The notes under the pieces: model-generated | Seen by the model: the letters and a program-made list of their open reading frames with translations, nothing else | Databases searched by the model: none | Told to the model about the DNA's origin: nothing | Assembly: GCA_963678065.2 (NCBI GenBank) | Contig: CAXXVZ010000003.1 | Coordinates: 1,856,001 to 1,920,000 of the forward strand | Direction: 5' to 3' | Source: Treponemataceae bacterium | GTDB taxonomy: Bacteria > Spirochaetota > Spirochaetia > Treponematales > Rectinemataceae | Length of the DNA stretch: 64,000 nucleotides | Part shown: positions 47,359 through 56,989 of the stretch, piece by piece | Layout of the letters: every line of letters starts with the position of its first letter | How positions within the stretch are numbered: position 1 is the stretch's first letter | Translations under genes and position numbers: made by a program

Positions 47359-50040
47359 TCACTGGCCGGCGCATCCGCCAGCGCCGGTTTCCGACGTATC
47401 GTCGAAAGGCCTATACTCGAGGTCGGCCCCATCGACATATCCTCCATTCTGGGGAATATTGACCACTCTCGTTATGTAGGCGACCTTCTCGTCTGCGCTC
47501 TTCTTTGTGATACGGACTGTGTAAGGGCCGACCTTCAGGGCGGAGAAAACATAGTACCCATCGTAAGCCGAGCGGACCGATCCGATCACCGCGCCGGAAC
47601 TGTCAAGCAGCTCGACGCGGGCGCCCGCCAACTCACGCCTCACGCCCCCCTCCACGGCCCATATCGTGCCGGAGACCTCCCCCGTGATCCAAACGGGGAA
47701 ATCCAGCCGCGCGGCCGTGCCCGGATGGAGCACGCAGCTCAGGCCCTTGTCGGCAGGGACGAGAAGAAGATCCTCGAGCGTCGTCTCGTCGACCTCCACG
47801 TTGAGCGGCAGATTTGCGGACAAACCGCGTAAAAACGCGTTGCCCTTCGCGTCCGTCAACGACTCGGCGCCGCTATCGTTCACGATAAATCCGACGTCCT
47901 TGAGAGCATCTTCACCTTTATCCCATTTTCTGTTGTAGTTCGCGTCGAGGTAGACGCGGGCCGCGATGGAGCCTTGCCCCGCTCCGCTCCGCGAATCCAC
48001 AGCGATGGCTCCGCTCTTCGAATCGAAGGCGATACTCGTCGAAATCGATAAACTTACCGAAAACGCGTTCCGTGTCGTCCAGGTTCCCGTGAGGCCTAGG
48101 CGCAAGGGGCTCACATCCCGGTAGAGCGAGATGGACGCGGAGAGAAGATCGGAGGAAAGCGAATACGTGGCTGCTCCGGAGACTTTAACCGACAAGAATG
48201 GGCCGGCTTCCGCCGAAAAGGATAGGCTCTCGATCGCCGCTTCGGGATAGATGTCGTAGCCGCAGGAGGCTTCCAAATCCACTTCCCCAATCCGCGCGTT
48301 GGCCGTCGTCGATCCATCTGCGTAAAGTACCTGCGATGAAGGCCCATAATAATGACGGGAAAGGTTTAGTTCATTTCGGAGACGGATGGCCCTATACGAG
48401 TTATAGTTTCGCAAGGCAAAAAGATCGTATCGGCAACCTTCCCTGTACAGCGTCGATATCCAGGAGGAAGAGAGGGAAGCATAGAATTTATCCATTTTCA
48501 AACTTAATCCGTCGACGCGCAGAACGCTCCGCGTTTGGTAGGGCGGATCGCTCGATGAGGCGTTCGCCTTTTCCCATTTATCGTCGTAATAGGTACCGCG
48601 CCATGAGAGCCCAAGGCCAAGGAGTTGGGTGCGCAAGCCGAGGTCGCCGGCGAACCCTGAATGGCGCGCATCGTAGGCTGCCGATACGTCGAACTGGAGG
48701 CGGCTGAAATATCCAGCCATTCCCGCTTGGACATGGAGGTTACGACCGTCGGGAAAGACACCAGAGAGCGCCGACGACGAGAACGTGAGGTATTTCGAAA
48801 GCCCGTAGGTTGTCTGGAGGGCGAACTGTCCCCCCTCTTCCTCGGCCGTGGCTGAAGCCCGGTAGGATAAGGTACCCGGCGGCGTCATGTTCGATCCCAC
48901 GTTGTAAATATGTTCCTCGGTCTTCTTCTGACCGAGAGGGCCATGGAACTCGAGTCTGAGCAAGTTGGTCCCGAATACGAGGGGGATATCGGCGAAGGTA
49001 TAGGTACCGCTCGCGTCCGCCTTCCTAAAGTCGAGATAGGAATCGTTCCGGTAGAGCTCCACGTCCCAACCTGAGAGAAGAGGCCCCGAAAGCGTCTGGA
49101 GATCGAAGTAGGAGGGGCTCGTGAGAGCATAGTTCCCGACCGAAGCGCCATAACCCGAAGCCGAGGCGCCCAAGAGGGAGGGAAGAACTGCCGATACCTT
49201 GCCTATGGAAAACTCCGTTCCGCCCAGGGAACCGAAAAGCTTGCCGTCGGGGTCCACTCTGCGGAGCACCCCATAAAGGCTGGTGGGAACGAAGTTCGAG
49301 CCGTCCAGCTTGCCCGCGACGGAGAGTGAGCCGCTCATCCACAGGAGGTCGCCCGTCAGGAGGGCGCTGTAGGTCGGTCCACTCAGGCTGACGCCATTGC
49401 CGCTGGATGAAGAATACAGCGAAGCCCCGACCGAAAAATCGAGGTTGAAGCCATCGAGAAAGCGGTAGGGGTTCGCCGCCCGAGGAAAATATGATCGTTC
49501 CTCGACACCATAGCGCGTGGTCTTGCCGCCCCGCTGCTCGCGCTCGAGACGGAGCTGGATAGGGAGTTTCGTCCGCGGCAGGAGGACGACGGCAGCGTCG
49601 TAGCGGTCGGCCTGAATGGGGATGCCGAACCATTCGGAGAGGAGGGAAACCTCAACATAGATGTCGTCGGGGTGGGCCACGATGCGCGCCTCATCGTAGA
49701 GGCCGCGCTCACCCGCAACCCGCACGCTCCGCGAAACCATGTCGAGGGAAAATGCATGCGCTTCGTCCCAGAGGTAGCCCGAGGCTGTTCCTCGCCCGGG
49801 ATCGACGTCGAGACCACACTCGATAAGGCGGCAGACCGTCCCTAGCGGAATAAAGAGCCCCCGCTCCGTCACATAGGTTTCCAACTCTTGGGAGAGCAAC
49901 TCGCGATCGACGTTTAGGGAGCAGAGAAGGAGTTCGTCCTCGTTGGGCGCGATGAGTGTAAAACCCAGTGCTTGGGCCCCGATGCGCGGAAGAGAGCAGA
50001 GAAGAACCAATGCATAAACGGCCACACACCATCGCCTCAT
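47359..50040 (-). CDS. Usher-like outer-membrane protein with C-terminal carboxypeptidase-regulatory-like Ig domains
   Basis: Signal peptide; GWDVELYRN..GTYTFADIPLVFGTN plug-like motif; beta-rich; YLDANYN..D.GE; downstream of chaperone and pilin genes. Confidence 0.65.
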   Translation of the reverse strand: MRRWCVAVYALVLLCSLPRIGAQALGFTLIAPNEDELLLCSLNVDRELLSQELETYVTERGLFIPLGTVCRLIECGLDVDPGRGTASGYLWDEAHAFSLDMVSRSVRVAGERGLYDEARIVAHPDDIYVEVSLLSEWFGIPIQADRYDAAVVLLPRTKLPIQLRLEREQRGGKTTRYGVEERSYFPRAANPYRFLDGFNLDFSVGASLYSSSSGNGVSLSGPTYSALLTGDLLWMSGSLSVAGKLDGSNFVPTSLYGVLRRVDPDGKLFGSLGGTEFSIGKVSAVLPSLLGASASGYGASVGNYALTSPSYFDLQTLSGPLLSGWDVELYRNDSYLDFRKADASGTYTFADIPLVFGTNLLRLEFHGPLGQKKTEEHIYNVGSNMTPPGTLSYRASATAEEEGGQFALQTTYGLSKYLTFSSSALSGVFPDGRNLHVQAGMAGYFSRLQFDVSAAYDARHSGFAGDLGLRTQLLGLGLSWRGTYYDDKWEKANASSSDPPYQTRSVLRVDGLSLKMDKFYASLSSSWISTLYREGCRYDLFALRNYNSYRAIRLRNELNLSRHYYGPSSQVLYADGSTTANARIGEVDLEASCGYDIYPEAAIESLSFSAEAGPFLSVKVSGAATYSLSSDLLSASISLYRDVSPLRLGLTGTWTTRNAFSVSLSISTSIAFDSKSGAIAVDSRSGAGQGSIAARVYLDANYNRKWDKGEDALKDVGFIVNDSGAESLTDAKGNAFLRGLSANLPLNVEVDETTLEDLLLVPADKGLSCVLHPGTAARLDFPVWITGEVSGTIWAVEGGVRRELAGARVELLDSSGAVIGSVRSAYDGYYVFSALKVGPYTVRITKKSADEKVAYITRVVNIPQNGGYVDGADLEYRPFDDTSETGAGGCAGQ

Positions 50041-50925
50041 GCTTTTTCAGCCTCATACACACTGTCTTACCCGACGCCCTCACTCAGGCATTAATTACCT
50101 ACTCATTCGAAACTCAAGTATTTTATCCATCAGATAAGTTCTACACATATTCTTGTTCTTTTATGGTATGGGAATTTCCGCGCTCGCAAGGACAGGAATG
50201 ACTTTCCCCTTAGCGTTGTAGGTATCCAGATAGCGAAGCCGAAGCGTCCCCCCATGAAAAGTATCAACAAGCTCGGGGGGCAGGCTTATCGGAAAGTTTA
50301 CAATTCTACGCTTGTTGGTCGCATATACAGTGAGCCCTTTCTTTTTTTCTAAAATAATGGGAACTTGTCCTGGCTGTATGTACTCGACCACCAAGTCTCC
50401 ATACAGCGACTGATTACCAGCGCGTTCAATCACAAAACTGAGTGTTCTGTTTTCCGGATTTAATCCAGGAGCCAATGTAATACCAACTATAGAAGCGGTC
50501 ACGGCAGTGGCCCCAGACCTGATGATAACGGGGACTGCTATGCCATATATGGGGGTTAATTTGATACGTAGTCCTTCTTCATCTTTAGAAGAAGCTGCGT
50601 CGCTCGCTGTGTCCGGTATAACGCTCACGACGAGATTCGAGCGGTACTCCCCATCAAGGAGGTCCGCAGGACGCAAAAACTGAAGCCTTACAATCTGCTG
50701 CATTTTGGCCCCAAGCGCAATCCTTTTAGGAGTTACCCGGAGAAATTGATCCGCAAAACAATCATCAGGCCTCGCAGAGTCTGCTCTTACCAGTTCACCC
50801 GTCTCCGACATTCTAAAGTTTACGAAACTGACTGAATATGTTTTTTGGCTCGTGCTAGGATTTATAATGATAAGCTCGGCAATACGACTGCGTCCTTCAA
50901 TCACTAGTCTAGTAGTCTGTAACAT

Positions 50926-51585
50926 CTAAATCTTTTCATCGATAATTGGATATAGACGTCTCAGTTTCGTTCTTGCGTCATGCGTTGTGAATTGCCAATC
51001 AACGCCGCGCTGATTTTTATTCCTGCTCACATACCAGCTCGCAAGTTCAGAATTAAGATCATCGAGACAATCGATTTTCCTTTTTGCCAAACACTGCCGA
51101 CCAAGCGCAGAGAGTTCAATTTCGGCAATATTCAGCCAACTTCCGTGCTTTGGTGTGTAGTGGATTTCAAGTCGCTGGGCCAGCTCGAACGCTTTCCGTG
51201 GCGGAAATGAGTCGTATAACGATGAAACACCATGGGTATTCAAGTTATCCATTACGAGAACAATCTTTTCTGCTGTTGGATATTCAACCATGAGGAGTTG
51301 TTCGATATAGTGTGCCCAATCAATCCTGGTCCGATGTTCTCGAGCATCAGTGTAGCGCCAGCCCCTCAATGGTTCGGTAAAGAGAAAAATACTACAGGTC
51401 CCTTTACGGACATATTCGGAATCTTGTCGCTCCGGTTTTCCCTTTCTCATAGCGATATGTTGCCGTCGATCAGCCAATAGCTGGATCGGCTTCTCATCCA
51501 TGCATACCACTGGACGATTGACGTTATAAGGCCTGCTATATACTTCCAGAACATCTTCCATTGCGGCAACGAAACGACCATTGGG
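50926..51585 (-). pseudogene. IS630 transposase DDE portion
   Basis: [26 protein letters not shown]. Confidence 0.88.
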
Positions 51586-51649
51586 TGGACCTACCCCAAA
51601 CCAGTGGAGCATGAGTTAAGCCTCTCCGAGAATAAGGAGAGGAGAGGGT

Positions 51650-51904
51650 ATGGAAGACAAAAGAAGGAAGTACGCGGCAGAGTTCAAGAAAGAAGCACTT
51701 GAACACTTGGAACGGTCAGGCAGGAGTGCCCGGAACGTGGCCAAAGACTTGGGAATTGATCCTGGACTATTGTGCCGGTGGCGACGGGAGAGTCAGGAAA
51801 TACACAAACAAGCATTTACCGGACAAGGGAATGCACGTGATCAGGAAATGACCAGGCTGAAAAAGGAAAATGATGAACTTCGTGAGGCGAATGCAATACT
51901 AAAA
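51650..51904 (+). pseudogene. IS3 orfA, cut at its frameshift site
   Basis: RRKYAAEFKKEA HTH...ANAILK continues as KAVAIFS after 53271. Confidence 0.85.
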
Positions 51905-51919
51905 GATGATATGTTTCCC

Positions 51920-52145
51920 CTGGCGGTACAACGATCGTGGTAGGCTGGGTTCGACGGAACCCGGGAGCCGGCGGCAGGCAGTACGCGCTTTGTGGGGTAT
52001 GACCCCGGCTAAAAGATTATGCCCAGGCCGGTCGTCGAAAATCAGGGTGCAGGACGATGCTGCGGCAACGCCACTGCGAATAGAAGAATGTAGTACCACG
52101 TTGTATCGCTCAAAGACTTCCGGCTCCGATCTTTTTCCCGGGAGG
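51920..52145 (+). ncRNA. Candidate IS110 bridge RNA
   Basis: About 245-nt non-coding left end with multiple stems, e.g. 51922-51942 pairs with 52094-52110. Confidence 0.55.
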
Positions 52146-52151
52146 CTGCGC

Positions 52152-53255
52152 ATGGGGAAGGAAACAGGGCGTTTTATTGGCATCGACCTTTCGAAGAGGA
52201 CCTACGAGGCGGTTGCCATCGATGGAAAGACCGAATCAATCCAGCGGTGGAATGGCAAGCTCGATATTCGAGGCCGCCGCAGCCTTGCGGAAAGGGTTCG
52301 ACCAGGCGACACCATCGCGATGGAAGCTGGTACCTCCTCATTCCAGATAGCGAAGGAACTCATGGAGCACCCCGACATACAGGTCCTTGTCCTGAACGCG
52401 GCTGACCTGGCGGTGATCCATAAGTCGCTCAAGAAGTCGGACCGTGAGGACGCGCTCAAGCTCGCGCGACTTGTGCAAAAGTTCAATGCTGACGAATTGC
52501 CGACAGTGCCAGTGCCCTCGGATGAAGAGATGGATCGTCGGGCACTTTCGTCCCATGAAGACCGCTTTCGCAGGGATAGAACTCGCCTTATAAACCGTCT
52601 TCATGCGGTGTTTCTCCGATGTGGCATTCCTGACCATACCAAGGCCCAGCTTAAGAAGGCAGCCACGAGGGAACGGCTCATCGAAACCGAACTTGCCGGC
52701 TTCAGCAAGACGGAGGCCATTAACCTCCATCACATGATCTCGGAATATGAGCAGATCCTCGCCGGGTTGGTCGAAGAGATCGGGGCTTCGGTGATGAAGG
52801 GCGGGGAGTCTGCGCACATCCTCATGTCGCTCCCTGGCTTTGGCATCAAGACGACGATGGCCATCCTGGCATACGCGGGAGACATGCGCCGCTTTAGCGG
52901 ACCAGCCCAGTTGGTCAACTATGTTGGGTTGTCGCCACGGCTTCACGAATCGGGAGAACTTGAACGCAAGGGCTCAATCACGAAGCGAGGCAATGCGCAT
53001 CTTCGGGGCCTGCTTGTCCAGAGCGCCTGGGGACTTATTCGCAGTAAATGCTCAAACCCGCTCAAGTCCCACTATGAGGCAATGATCTCCAGAGGGAAAG
53101 CGCCTTCTATCGCGGTCGTCGCGACCGCCCGGAAGCTGCTCGAGATGGTCTATATTTTGCTCACACGAGGGGAACGCTACCGGTACACGGATGACATGAT
53201 ATTTGCTCTCAAGCTCAAGAGGTCAGGATTGGCAATTCTCGGAGCCGGAGGTTGA
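52152..53255 (+). CDS. IS110 recombinase/transposase
   Basis: FIGIDLSK, AMEAG, KSDREDA, YVGLSPRLHESG, ITKRGNAHLR; GGAGG RBS. Confidence 0.92.
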   Translation: MGKETGRFIGIDLSKRTYEAVAIDGKTESIQRWNGKLDIRGRRSLAERVRPGDTIAMEAGTSSFQIAKELMEHPDIQVLVLNAADLAVIHKSLKKSDREDALKLARLVQKFNADELPTVPVPSDEEMDRRALSSHEDRFRRDRTRLINRLHAVFLRCGIPDHTKAQLKKAATRERLIETELAGFSKTEAINLHHMISEYEQILAGLVEEIGASVMKGGESAHILMSLPGFGIKTTMAILAYAGDMRRFSGPAQLVNYVGLSPRLHESGELERKGSITKRGNAHLRGLLVQSAWGLIRSKCSNPLKSHYEAMISRGKAPSIAVVATARKLLEMVYILLTRGERYRYTDDMIFALKLKRSGLAILGAGG

Positions 53256-53330
53256 CAGGAAACATAGAAAAAAAGCCGTCGCCATCTTCTCGGTACCCCG
53301 AAGGGGGAATTAGCCCGAGTCTACCAGTTC

Positions 53331-54176
53331 ATGGTCGACCACCGGAGGCAGTGGTCGATACGGAAGATGGCGACATATCTGGAAGTCTCCGTTTCGGGGT
53401 ACTATGCGTGGAAATCGAGAAAACCAAGCCGTCACGCACTGCTGGATGCCGAATTGGTCAAGAAGATCAAAGCCATCCAGAAACAGCATCACCGGCGATA
53501 CGGGAGTCCGCGCATCCACGAAGAATTGCGCGATACAGGCTATGGAGTGTCGCGTAAACGGGTGGCCAGACTCATGCGGGAGAATGATCTGGGAAGCCTG
53601 CCGAAGAAGAAATACGTTGTCACGACAGACTCGAATCATGGAGAACCGGTAGCGGAAAACCTGCTTGACCGACAGTTTGACGTACCGCTGCCGGGTCTCG
53701 TCTGGGTTTCTGACATCACGTATTGCCCGACAACCGAGGGCTGGCTGTATCTGTGTGTCGTTATCGACCTCTGCACCCGTCACGTCGTCGGCTGGTCGAC
53801 CCGCGATGACATGACCTCCCAGATTGTGGTGGATGCTTTTGTCATGGCCGTTATCCGATATGGGTATAAGCCAGGACTTCTCTTCCACTCTGATCGGGGC
53901 GTCCAGTATTGTTCCACCGCATTGAGGTCACTACTGGCGGAGAGGAAAGGAATTGTTCAAAGCATGAGCCGAAAGGGCAATTGCTGGGATAATGCCTGTG
54001 CGGAATCCTTTTTCAAAACGTTGAAACGGGAATTAGAGACTCTGAATGGTACATATTCCAGAGAAAGGGTCCGTCATGATCTTTTCGAGTACATCGAGGT
54101 CTACTACAATCGGATCAGGCGGCATTCGCACAATGCGATGAAACCGCCGGTATCACAGGCGACGAGAGTGGCTTAA
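53331..54176 (+). CDS. IS3 orfB integrase-core transposase
   Basis: YGSPRI, WVSDITY, HSDRGVQY, GNCWDNACAESFF, YYNRIRRH. Confidence 0.92.
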   Translation: MVDHRRQWSIRKMATYLEVSVSGYYAWKSRKPSRHALLDAELVKKIKAIQKQHHRRYGSPRIHEELRDTGYGVSRKRVARLMRENDLGSLPKKKYVVTTDSNHGEPVAENLLDRQFDVPLPGLVWVSDITYCPTTEGWLYLCVVIDLCTRHVVGWSTRDDMTSQIVVDAFVMAVIRYGYKPGLLFHSDRGVQYCSTALRSLLAERKGIVQSMSRKGNCWDNACAESFFKTLKRELETLNGTYSRERVRHDLFEYIEVYYNRIRRHSHNAMKPPVSQATRVA

Positions 54177-54235
54177 CTACCTGTCCATTCGGTCGGGGCA
54201 AGTCCAGTGCTGGGGAGGAATACACCAGCATTTTT

Positions 54236-54703
54236 TCAAGTGAGGTTTAAATTCGTTTTTTTTAGTGTCCTGTTGATCGTCATTGGAGAAATGGCATTGA
54301 TAATTCCAAGTTCAACACATTTGTCTGCCAGAAGACGGACCGTCCATCGCGTATACCCTTCGGGAGGATTGCTGCAACACAAGGCGATGATGTGCGCTTC
54401 AACGTCACCAGTGACTTTGGGCGCAATAGGCGGCGTTGTCCGTTTCTTTCTCTGAAGAAAAAAATCAAGCGATGGGCTATGCAGGAAAGCGTCCTTGATC
54501 ACTTGTATTGTTTGTCTGCTCACCTGGTACATATTCGCGATTTGCCCATCATGCAGAGGTGTCCGATTATTCGAAGTATCCAAGGCAAGAACGATCTGTG
54601 CCCGCCTGGTCAGGCGGACACTTTTGGAACCACTTGATAAATACAATAGGAATCTGTTCCGCTGTTCCGAGGATAAAACGATCTTTTTCTTGGTCTTTGC
54701 CAT
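54236..54703 (-). CDS. IS630 HTH ORF with an A8 -1 frameshift site
   Basis: PPEGYTRWTVRLLA; CTAAAAAAAACG; the -1 frame continues NEFKPHLKKCWCIPPQH. Confidence 0.85.
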   Translation of the reverse strand: MAKTKKKIVLSSEQRNRFLLYLSSGSKSVRLTRRAQIVLALDTSNNRTPLHDGQIANMYQVSRQTIQVIKDAFLHSPSLDFFLQRKKRTTPPIAPKVTGDVEAHIIALCCSNPPEGYTRWTVRLLADKCVELGIINAISPMTINRTLKKTNLNLT

Positions 54704-54914
54704 ACCGCTACCCTCCTAATGGTACACCATTTAGAGGATAGCTCAAATATCATTTATTATAAACTATTAGATGTTACAGTGTACTAGTAGGTGCGACAGT
54801 GAGATCGGGGATACTCGAAACTTGATTTTCATTCTGTCCTTGTACGTTATTTAGTATGATAGACCCCATAAAAAAGGACAGCATCAACGCTCTCTTCCAC
54901 ATCCTCTTCTCCCC

Positions 54915-55409
54915 TCATTCATTTGACTGTATCGTTACTGAAAACGTACCAGTATATTGCCCAGCAGCTTGACCCGAATTAACATTCAAAGTAGCTCCAA
55001 CAGTAAATACACAGTGTCCATCTCCGCCGCATTGGCCAGAGTTGTTGACGCATGAAGAAGAAAAACCCGACACACTCATAGTCGCCCCGCCTGGGCCAGT
55101 CAACGTTACAACATCATCGGCAGGCAGAATAACACTGAAGGTTTGATTGCTTGTCCCTGTTGCCGTGAAAGACGCAGCGTAGCGTGCACTGCCTCCGCTC
55201 CTACTTACTGGATACAAGTTGTTAGCTGTATTTGAACCGTCCGGAGCAATGGTAAGAGAACCAGAAGTCAATTGGATCGCCATTGCCCCAAAATTTAGAC
55301 CACAGGTATTTGTCAATGATAAAGCTTCTGCAGAAAGATTCAGGACAAGGCTCGTAAGGAAAACTATGCAAACAGTAAATATTTTCATCTTCCTTTCCAT
55401 ACTTATCAT
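54915..55409 (-). CDS. DUF4402-like secreted pilin (second subunit)
   Basis: Signal peptide, LNFG, C-terminal VGATLNV..Q..GQYTGTFSVTI. Confidence 0.75.
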   Translation of the reverse strand: MISMERKMKIFTVCIVFLTSLVLNLSAEALSLTNTCGLNFGAMAIQLTSGSLTIAPDGSNTANNLYPVSRSGGSARYAASFTATGTSNQTFSVILPADDVVTLTGPGGATMSVSGFSSSCVNNSGQCGGDGHCVFTVGATLNVNSGQAAGQYTGTFSVTIQSNE

Positions 55410-55480
55410 ATGACTGACAATGCGTGGTCGGAGAAAAATGAATACCTCATATCTCCCCGACCGCGCCAGAAATGATAAAA

Positions 55481-56062
55481 TCAGTACTCGGTTGTGTTTA
55501 CAATAATGGAATAGGTTCCTGTATAAGTTCCAGTATTTTGGCTTCCATTTACATGAAGTGTCGCACCAATAACGAATGACACCGTCTGGATACCAGTAGA
55601 ATCAGCAACTTGATATCCAGAACTGGAAACTGAAGTAAGAGTACCAGAATCAAGAGAAGCATATGCTAAAAACGTATCAGCATACATAGAATTAGCACCG
55701 CTCGTTACAGGTACACGATCGCTTAAATAGACAAAATATGTCTTCAAGCCAGAGTTCGCAGGAACAGTCATGGTAAATTTGCCAGACGAAAGAGCATTGG
55801 CAGTTGTTACCTTGGTGCCACTTGCAACAGCCACTCCCCCCGTAGTCGCCACACTCACATTTCCAGACACATTATATGGTGCTAGAGTAATTGTCCCAGC
55901 AGTTGCACTTGGAATAATAAGCCCAAAATTCATCTGCGTTGCTTCGGTGAGGGTTTCACTCGTAATAACGCTTGCATTAATAGTGCCATTCCCCGCAAAC
56001 ACATTCCCCGCAGTGACGAGCAGCCCAACGGCGATCAGAAAGACGACGAAAGCTTTCTTCAT
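55481..56062 (-). CDS. DUF4402-like secreted pilin (probable major subunit)
   Basis: Signal peptide ending VFA, MNFG, C-terminal IGATLHV..Q..GTYTGTYSIIV. Confidence 0.75.
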   Translation of the reverse strand: MKKAFVVFLIAVGLLVTAGNVFAGNGTINASVITSETLTEATQMNFGLIIPSATAGTITLAPYNVSGNVSVATTGGVAVASGTKVTTANALSSGKFTMTVPANSGLKTYFVYLSDRVPVTSGANSMYADTFLAYASLDSGTLTSVSSSGYQVADSTGIQTVSFVIGATLHVNGSQNTGTYTGTYSIIVNTTEY

Positions 56063-56304
56063 ACGACGCTCCCTAAACCTCAATGACTGGACCTGCACAG
56101 GCAGGTCTCGATTTGGAGAAAATCTTCTCCGGAATCGCTAGAGCTACTATTCTTTCATTTGCAGCGCGGTTCTATTATGGATTGCACTAGTGTGAGGCAA
56201 AAAAAACATGAACCCTGCGTAGTGAAAAAGTTGAGGTTCATAAGCTAAAAAGAATGGACAAGCGGCATGGAGCCCCCCACTAAGGGGAATATAAGGCGCT
56301 CGGC

Positions 56305-56955
56305 CTACAACATCTCCAGCGAACTTATCCCGTGGGCAATGGCGTACTTCGTGAGTTCGGCTATACTCTTGAGGCCGAGCTTGTCGGATATATGCTTGCG
56401 GTGAGCATCCACGGTATTGACAGTCACGCGGAGCACAGCTGCTATCTCCTTGTTGCTCTTGCCCTCGGCTAAGAGCTGGAGTACCTCCCGCTCGCGGTCA
56501 GAGAGGATATCCCTGCTCGCTGACGACAATTTGTTTAGATTATCGAGGTAATCATCCAGCAGCATTTCCTGCAAAGGCTGACTGATATAGCGGTGCCCGC
56601 GGGAGACAGAGGTTATCGCTTCCATGAGTTCGTCGAACCCAGCCCCTTTGAGCACATAGCCAGACGCTCCAGCCATGAACATGCTCTGGGCAAACTGACG
56701 GTCGGCGTACATCGAGAGGGCGAGCACCTTCACCTCCGGCGCTCCCATCCGTATCTGCCGCGTCGCCTCGATGCCGTTGAGAGAAGGCATGCCAATATCC
56801 ATGATGACGATATCGGGCCGAAGTTCGAGCGCGAGGTGGACGGCGACGACACCATCCCCTGCCTCTCCGATTATTGTGCAGCCTCGTTGACCTTCGAGAA
56901 GCTTGCAAAGGCCATCCCTCATCAACTTATGGTCATCCACGACGAGGATCCGCAT
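56305..56955 (-). CDS. NarL/LuxR family response regulator
   Basis: ILVVDDH, MDIGMP, LSDREREVLQLLAEGKSNKEIA. Confidence 0.93.
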   Translation of the reverse strand: MRILVVDDHKLMRDGLCKLLEGQRGCTIIGEAGDGVVAVHLALELRPDIVIMDIGMPSLNGIEATRQIRMGAPEVKVLALSMYADRQFAQSMFMAGASGYVLKGAGFDELMEAITSVSRGHRYISQPLQEMLLDDYLDNLNKLSSASRDILSDREREVLQLLAEGKSNKEIAAVLRVTVNTVDAHRKHISDKLGLKSIAELTKYAIAHGISSLEML

Positions 56956-56989
56956 CAATCGTCTTCCTTTCCCCAGATCGGAAGTATAC

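Larger units (their letters stand above)
51905..53271 (+). mobile_element. IS110-family element
   Basis: DEDD transposase; subterminal IR TATGTTTCC/GGAAACATA; inserted in an A-run, so the ends are ambiguous by a few nt. Confidence 0.85.
51586..54206 (+). mobile_element. IS3-family element interrupted by IS110
   Basis: TG...CA ends; 37-bp imperfect IRs (TGGACCTACCCC...AGTTAAGCC); one extra codon in the IS630 ORF implies a 3-bp target duplication (GGG/GTG). Confidence 0.9.
50912..54784 (-). mobile_element. IS630-family element interrupted by IS3
   Basis: IRs TAGTCTGTAACATCTAA and TTAGATGTTACAGTGTA; TA duplication within CTAG. Confidence 0.9.
50161..54902 (-). pseudogene. Fimbrial chaperone (PapD-like) split by nested IS elements
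   Basis: 5' part 54902-54785 (MWKRALML...DLTVAPT) rejoins in frame with 50909-50161 (RLVIEGRSR...DGEYRS) when the IS630 and one TA are removed. Confidence 0.85.

Noticed and set aside
50926..51612. ORF-track starts MLHWFG (51612), MLQTT (50925) and MICFPW (51906) as real gene starts
   Set aside because: These N-termini come from IS ends or non-coding IS DNA created by the nested insertions.
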